Shown one piece after another: positions 59,908 through 64,000 of a stretch of 64,000 bases of DNA (the first letter of the stretch is position 1; each line of letters begins with the position of its first letter). Below the pieces are notes generated by a model, which did no database searches, was not told where the DNA came from, and was given only the letters and a program-made list of their open reading frames with translations. Source of the stretch: an uncultured Solirubrobacterales bacterium (GTDB lineage: Bacteria > Actinomycetota > Thermoleophilia > Solirubrobacterales > 70-9); the NCBI GenBank assembly GCA_963716245.1, contig OY970300.1:913152-977151 (forward strand), read 5' to 3'. Made by a program: the position numbers and the translations under genes.

Positions 59908-60621
59908 TCAGGTCGGCTGGCTGGTCGGCCGGATCAGGATCTCGTTGACGTCCACGCCCGCCGGCTGCTCCATCGCGTAGATCACCGCCCGGGCGATGTC
60001 GTCGTCGCGCAGCGCCCACTCGCCGGGCCGGTTGTCGAAGAAGGGCGTGTCGACCATGCCGGGCTCGATCAGCGTGACGCGGATCGCGTGGTTCTCGTGC
60101 ATCTGCCGCAGCTCGGCGCGCAGCGCCTCGCCGATTGCCGTCGCCGCCCACTTGGTCGCCGAGTAGAGCGATCCGGGCAGGGCCCGGCGCCCGGCCACCG
60201 AGCTGGTGATCAGCACGTGCCCGTCGCCGCGCTCGAGCAGGTGGGGGAGGGTCGAGCGGATCGTCAGCGCGACGCCATAGACGTTGGTCAGCACCATCGA
60301 GCGCCAGTGCTCGGGCGACTCCTCGAGGAAGCCGCGGGTCGCCCCGAAGCCGGCGTTGGCGAAGACCGCGTCGATCCGGCCGAAGGCGCCGAGGCCGGCC
60401 GCGGTCGTCGCCTCGACCTCGTCCCACTCCGTCACGTCGCACTGCACGGCGATCGCCCGCTCCGGGCCGCCCAGCCCGTCGGCCAGCTCCTGGAGCGGCT
60501 CCAGCCGCCGCGCCGCCAGCACGAGCCGGTGGGTCCCGGCCGCCGCCCGCGCCGTGGCGGCGCCGATGCCGCTGTTCGCACCGGTGATCAGCAGGACGGG
60601 ATCGCTCTGTGCAGCCGCCAT
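59908..60621 (-). CDS. Short-chain dehydrogenase/reductase (SDR)
   Basis: TGANSGIGAATA, NAG, catalytic YSATKWA. Confidence 0.9.
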   Translation of the reverse strand: MAAAQSDPVLLITGANSGIGAATARAAAGTHRLVLAARRLEPLQELADGLGGPERAIAVQCDVTEWDEVEATTAAGLGAFGRIDAVFANAGFGATRGFLEESPEHWRSMVLTNVYGVALTIRSTLPHLLERGDGHVLITSSVAGRRALPGSLYSATKWAATAIGEALRAELRQMHENHAIRVTLIEPGMVDTPFFDNRPGEWALRDDDIARAVIYAMEQPAGVDVNEILIRPTSQPT

Positions 60622-60737
60622 CGCCCTCGATTCTTCCAGGGCGGTCGAGGTTGTGCTCGGTATGCGGGGACAAGCTCGACCGCCCTGGCGGTCCGGCCGG
60701 CCACCCGCGACCGGGGGGTTGCGATAATTGGCCGTCC

Positions 60738-61151
60738 GTGGACCCGGCCCGCAAGCGAAAGATCCGGCTCGTCGTCGCGCTCGGCACCGCCGTCCTGCTC
60801 GCCGCCGCGCTCGTCTACACGTCCTTCAGCGCCTCGACCGAGGCGAAGGAGCCCTCGCAGCTGCTCGCCGCCGCGCCGGGGACCAGCTACGAGCTGACCG
60901 GGCGCGTCGTCAAGGGCAGTGTCCGGCACGAGGGCGAGGGGCTGCGCTTCCGGGTCGCCGACCGAGACGACGCGAGCAAGAGCATCCCGGTCACCTACAG
61001 CGGGACCGTCCCCGATCCGTTCCGGGGCGGGCGCGAGATCATCCTCACGGGCACCGTCGAGGACGGCGTCTTCGTCGGCGAGCGCGACACGCTCGTCACC
61101 AAGTGCCCGTCGAAGTTCACGACGGACAGCCCGCCCACGAATGCCAGCTGA
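60738..61151 (+). CDS. ccmE: Cytochrome c maturation heme chaperone CcmE, Cys-variant
   Basis: TM anchor plus OB-fold (RVVKGSV...LRFRV.D....IPVTYSGTVPDPFRGGREIILTG). Cys (TGC at 61104) occupies the position of the heme-binding His (KCPSKF versus KHDENY). Confidence 0.85.
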   Translation: MDPARKRKIRLVVALGTAVLLAAALVYTSFSASTEAKEPSQLLAAAPGTSYELTGRVVKGSVRHEGEGLRFRVADRDDASKSIPVTYSGTVPDPFRGGREIILTGTVEDGVFVGERDTLVTKCPSKFTTDSPPTNAS

Positions 61152-63540
61152 GGTCGGCAGCGCCGCCCTGGCGCTCGCCTTCCTGACCGCGATCTTCGCC
61201 GCCGTCGCGGCGCTGGTCGGCAGCCGCGGCGAGCGCCGCTGGGTCGACGCCTCGCGCCGCGCGGTCTACGCGCTCTGCGCGCTGCTCACCCTCTGCGTGG
61301 TCGTCCTCGAGGTCGCCTTCGCCAGCGACGACTTCTCGTTCGAGCTGGTCCAGCAGCACTCCTCGATCGACACGCCCGCCTTCTACAAGCTGGGGGCGAT
61401 GTGGTCGAGCCAGGAGGGCTCGCTGCTGCTCTGGGCCTGGGTGCTCTCGATCGCCTCCTCGGCGGCGCTCTACGCGACGCGCGGCAGGCTGCGCGAGGTC
61501 GTCCCTTACGCCACCGCGACGATGGCCGGCGTCGCCGCCTTCTTCACCGGCCTGATGCTCTTTGGCAGCGGCGTCGACCCCTTCGCGACGCTCGGCTCCC
61601 CGCCTCCTGACGGCGTCGGCCTCAACCCGCTGCTGCGCCACCCGAGCATGATGATCCACCCGCCGATGCTCTACTCGGGGTACGTCGCCTTCACGATCCC
61701 CTTCGCCTTCGCGGTCGGCGCCCTGGCGGCACGGCGCCTCGATGCGGCCTGGATCCGCTCGACCCGTCGCTTCGCGCTGATCGCCTGGGCCTTCCTCGGG
61801 CTCGGCCTGCTGCTCGGCGCCCGCTGGTCCTACACGGAGCTCGGCTGGGGCGGCTACTGGGCTTGGGACCCGGTCGAGAACGCGGCGCTGATGCCCTGGC
61901 TGACCGGCACGGCGTTCCTGCACTCGATCATGGTCCAGGAGAAGCGCGGCATGCTGAGGGTCTGGAACGTCTCGCTGATCGTCGGCACCTTCGCGCTGGC
62001 CCTGCTCGGCACCTTCCTCGTCCGGTCGGGCGTCCTGCAGTCGATCCACGCCTTCGGCGACAGCACCGTCGGCCCCTACATCCTCGGCCTGATCGCGGTC
62101 GTGCTGCTCGGCTCGACGGCTCTGATCGTCTCCCGGCTCGACGAGCTGCGCTCGCCGAAGCGGATCGACTCGCTCGCCTCGCGCGAGGCCGTCTTCCTGG
62201 TCAACAACCTGCTGCTCGTCGCCCTCTGCGCGACGATCTTCTGGGGCACCTTCTTCCCGCTGATCTCCGAGCTGTTCACCGGCGAGAAGGCGTCCCTGGC
62301 GGCGCCGTGGTTCGACCAGTACACGACCCCGCTCGCCGTCCTCCTCGTCCTCTTCACCGGGATCGGGCCGCTGCTCGCCTGGCGCCGGATCAGCTGGGCG
62401 TCGGCCCGGCGCGTGTTCGTGGCGCCGGCGGTCGTCGCGGCGGCGACCGGGATCCTCCTCGCGCTGGCGACCGATGCGGCGCGCAGCCCCTGGGCGCTGG
62501 CGCTGTTCGTCTTCGCCGCCTTCTCCCTGACCGGCCTGGCGCAGGAGGTCTGGCGCGGCGCCGCGGCGAGCCGCACGCTCGCCGGCGGCTCGATCCCCGC
62601 GGCGCTGCTCGCGGTCACCTCGCGCAACCGGCGCCGCTACGGCGGCTACCTCGTCCACGCGGGCGTCGCGGTGCTGCTGATCGGGATCGCCGCGTCGTCG
62701 AGCTTCCAGACCAAACGCGACCTGACGCTGCGGCCGGGGGAAAGCGCCGTGGTCGAAGGGCGCACCGTCGAGTACGAGCGGGCGACGGTGCGGGTCGACC
62801 GCGAAGCGCTCACCCTCGGCGCGGTCCTCGCGGTCGAGCAGGGCGGCGAGCGGGTGGCGACGCTGCGTCCCAGCCGCCGCTACTTCCGTCCCAGCGCGGC
62901 GGAAACGGGGACGATCGCGAGCTTCTTCGACGGCGAGGCGACCAGCGAGGTCGGCCTGGACGCGGGCGCCGGCAGCGATCTCTGGACCGCGGTGCAGCCC
63001 GACATCGGGCCGATCAGGGGGCGTGCACAGGCGGCGGACGAGGGCTTCCGCGCCTGCGTGGGCGGCGATCCCGGCACGCCGCCGCAGTGCCGGGCGCTGT
63101 CGCGCCTGATGCGCGCGGCGGCGGCGAATCCTCGGCTCCAGCCGGTCGCGCTGGCGCAGATCGACGCGCTCCAGGCGGCGACCGCCGAGCGGCTGGCGCA
63201 GAGCTACGTCTCCGAAGCGGGCACCGCGACCTTCCGCGTGATCGTCGACCCGCTCGTCACCTGGGTCTGGATCGGGGGCCTGATCGCCCTGACCGGTGCG
63301 CTGATCGCGATCTGGCCCGCCCGCCGGGCCCGCCGGGGCTTCGGCCCCGGTGGCGAGCTGGAGGCGCTGAAGGAAGCGAAGTACCGCGAGATCCGCGACG
63401 CCGAGCTCGACCACGCGGCCGGCAAGCTCTCCGACGAGGACTTCGCCCTGCTCGATGCCGAGCTGCGCCGCGAAGCGGTCGAGATCCTCGACCGAGCGAA
63501 CGGCGACCGGCCGGAGGAGAAGACCGCCGGCCCGGTCTAG
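61141..63540 (+). CDS. ccmF: Cytochrome c-type biogenesis protein CcmF (heme lyase) with C-terminal cytoplasmic extension
   Basis: WWD motif (LGWGGYWAWDPVEN), many TM helices and a periplasmic CcmF_C-like domain. It overlaps ccmE by 11 nt. Confidence 0.95.
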   Translation: MPAEVGSAALALAFLTAIFAAVAALVGSRGERRWVDASRRAVYALCALLTLCVVVLEVAFASDDFSFELVQQHSSIDTPAFYKLGAMWSSQEGSLLLWAWVLSIASSAALYATRGRLREVVPYATATMAGVAAFFTGLMLFGSGVDPFATLGSPPPDGVGLNPLLRHPSMMIHPPMLYSGYVAFTIPFAFAVGALAARRLDAAWIRSTRRFALIAWAFLGLGLLLGARWSYTELGWGGYWAWDPVENAALMPWLTGTAFLHSIMVQEKRGMLRVWNVSLIVGTFALALLGTFLVRSGVLQSIHAFGDSTVGPYILGLIAVVLLGSTALIVSRLDELRSPKRIDSLASREAVFLVNNLLLVALCATIFWGTFFPLISELFTGEKASLAAPWFDQYTTPLAVLLVLFTGIGPLLAWRRISWASARRVFVAPAVVAAATGILLALATDAARSPWALALFVFAAFSLTGLAQEVWRGAAASRTLAGGSIPAALLAVTSRNRRRYGGYLVHAGVAVLLIGIAASSSFQTKRDLTLRPGESAVVEGRTVEYERATVRVDREALTLGAVLAVEQGGERVATLRPSRRYFRPSAAETGTIASFFDGEATSEVGLDAGAGSDLWTAVQPDIGPIRGRAQAADEGFRACVGGDPGTPPQCRALSRLMRAAAANPRLQPVALAQIDALQAATAERLAQSYVSEAGTATFRVIVDPLVTWVWIGGLIALTGALIAIWPARRARRGFGPGGELEALKEAKYREIRDAELDHAAGKLSDEDFALLDAELRREAVEILDRANGDRPEEKTAGPV

Positions 63541-63761
63541 ATCTTCAGCAGGACCAGCGTGTTGACGACGAAGAGGACCGCGAAGAAGATCGTCGCCCGG
63601 TCCAGGTTGCGCTCGACCATCGAGCCGCCGCCGAAGGAGCTGCCGCCGCCGCCGATGCCGAAGGCGCCCGAGAGCCCCGCGTCTTTCCCGGAGTGCAGGA
63701 GCACGAGGAAGATCACGATCACTGCGATGACCACCTGGAGGAGCGAGAGCAGGAAATACAT
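63537..63761 (-). CDS. secG: Preprotein translocase subunit SecG
   Basis: 74 aa, two TM helices flanking a Gly-rich loop (LLHSGKDAGLSGAFGIGGGGSSFGG). Its stop shares CTAG with the ccmF stop. Confidence 0.88.
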   Translation of the reverse strand: MYFLLSLLQVVIAVIVIFLVLLHSGKDAGLSGAFGIGGGGSSFGGGSMVERNLDRATIFFAVLFVVNTLVLLKI

Positions 63762-63819
63762 GAGGGCGGATGGTAGCGGCAGCCGCGAGCTTGGGCTTGG
63801 ACAGGAAGCCGCCAGCCTG

Positions 63820-63854
63820 TTGCATCTCTTTACAAAAGCAGCTATCGTGTAAAG
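63820..63854 (+). promoter_or_regulatory. Candidate promoter (TTGCAT-17 nt-TATCGT) overlapped by the inverted repeat CTTTACA-N13-TGTAAAG
   Basis: Read directly in the AT-richer gap upstream of the last, partial ORF. Confidence 0.4.
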
Positions 63855-63892
63855 CACGCTGACGATCAAGCTGGCTGTGACAAGGAGGGGCG

Positions 63893-64000
63893 ATGGAGGC
63901 ACACGCGCATTCGCATGACGAGGGGATTGAGCTGAACCCGGCCGGCTGGGCCGACTCGAAGCGGTACGCCTGGCTGCTCGGCCTGATCGTCCCGGCCCTG
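63893..64000 (+). CDS. Partial ORF (N-terminal 36 codons), possibly an AlkB-type membrane alkane hydroxylase / fatty acid desaturase family protein
   Basis: AAGGAGG RBS. ...DSKRYAWLLGLIVPAL resembles the N-terminal KK(K/R)YLW(I/L)LS region of AlkB, from memory. Only 36 aa are visible. Confidence 0.35.
   Translation, partial: MEAHAHSHDEGIELNPAGWADSKRYAWLLGLIVPAL

Noticed and set aside
55311-60738. A bona fide integrated genomic island at tRNA-Gly
   Set aside because: There is no integrase or recombinase, and I could not find a direct repeat of the tRNA 3' end near 59.8-60.8 kb by eye. GT2 and SDR look compositionally native. Only the weaker statement of a split ccm cluster with one codon-atypical gene is retained.

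Overview
This is a very GC-rich chromosomal segment (about 70% by eye), densely packed with mostly housekeeping genes. The gene order looks actinobacterial: ftsE-ftsX...smpB-ssrA, uvrC-rapZ...gap-pgk-tpiA, and an Rpf-type transglycosylase. I suspect a deep-branching Actinomycetota lineage such as Thermoleophilia or Rubrobacteria, but cannot verify this without a database search.

Main blocks:
- (1) A cell-division and trans-translation block: ftsEX, an S41 protease, a short RNase R, smpB and tmRNA.
- (2) An 11-kb same-strand phosphate/polyphosphate supercluster: response regulator, pstSCAB, phoU, vapBC, ppx, ppk, DUF47 and pit.
- (3) An accessory-looking patch at 30.4-35 kb. It holds two TadE-like pseudopilins, a degenerate CpaE-like protein, a TadG-anchor/M15 peptidase/SLT fusion and two PIN toxin modules.
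- (4) uvrC-rapZ, an ABC exporter, and the glycolytic genes gap-pgk-tpiA-gpmI.
- (5) hsp20, tgt, a Ser/Thr kinase operon and argS.
- (6) System I cytochrome c maturation genes (ccmH, ccmG, ccmE, ccmF) split by a tRNA-Gly-adjacent 5.4-kb block. That block encodes an ArsR-like repressor, a 1005-aa four-module secreted protein with a polybasic tail and atypical codon usage, a GT2 glycosyltransferase and an SDR.

I found no rRNA, CRISPR array, transposase, integrase or recognised defence system.

The best candidates for undescribed biology are:
- the four-module secreted protein locus (55.7-58.8 kb);
- the orphan Tad-like / peptidoglycan-hydrolase cluster with its duplicated leader element;
- a recurrent ~39-nt motif in front of unrelated genes;
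- a 146-bp pseudo-palindromic divergent control region at uppP.

All functional calls come from reading the translations and recalling family motifs. No searches were run.
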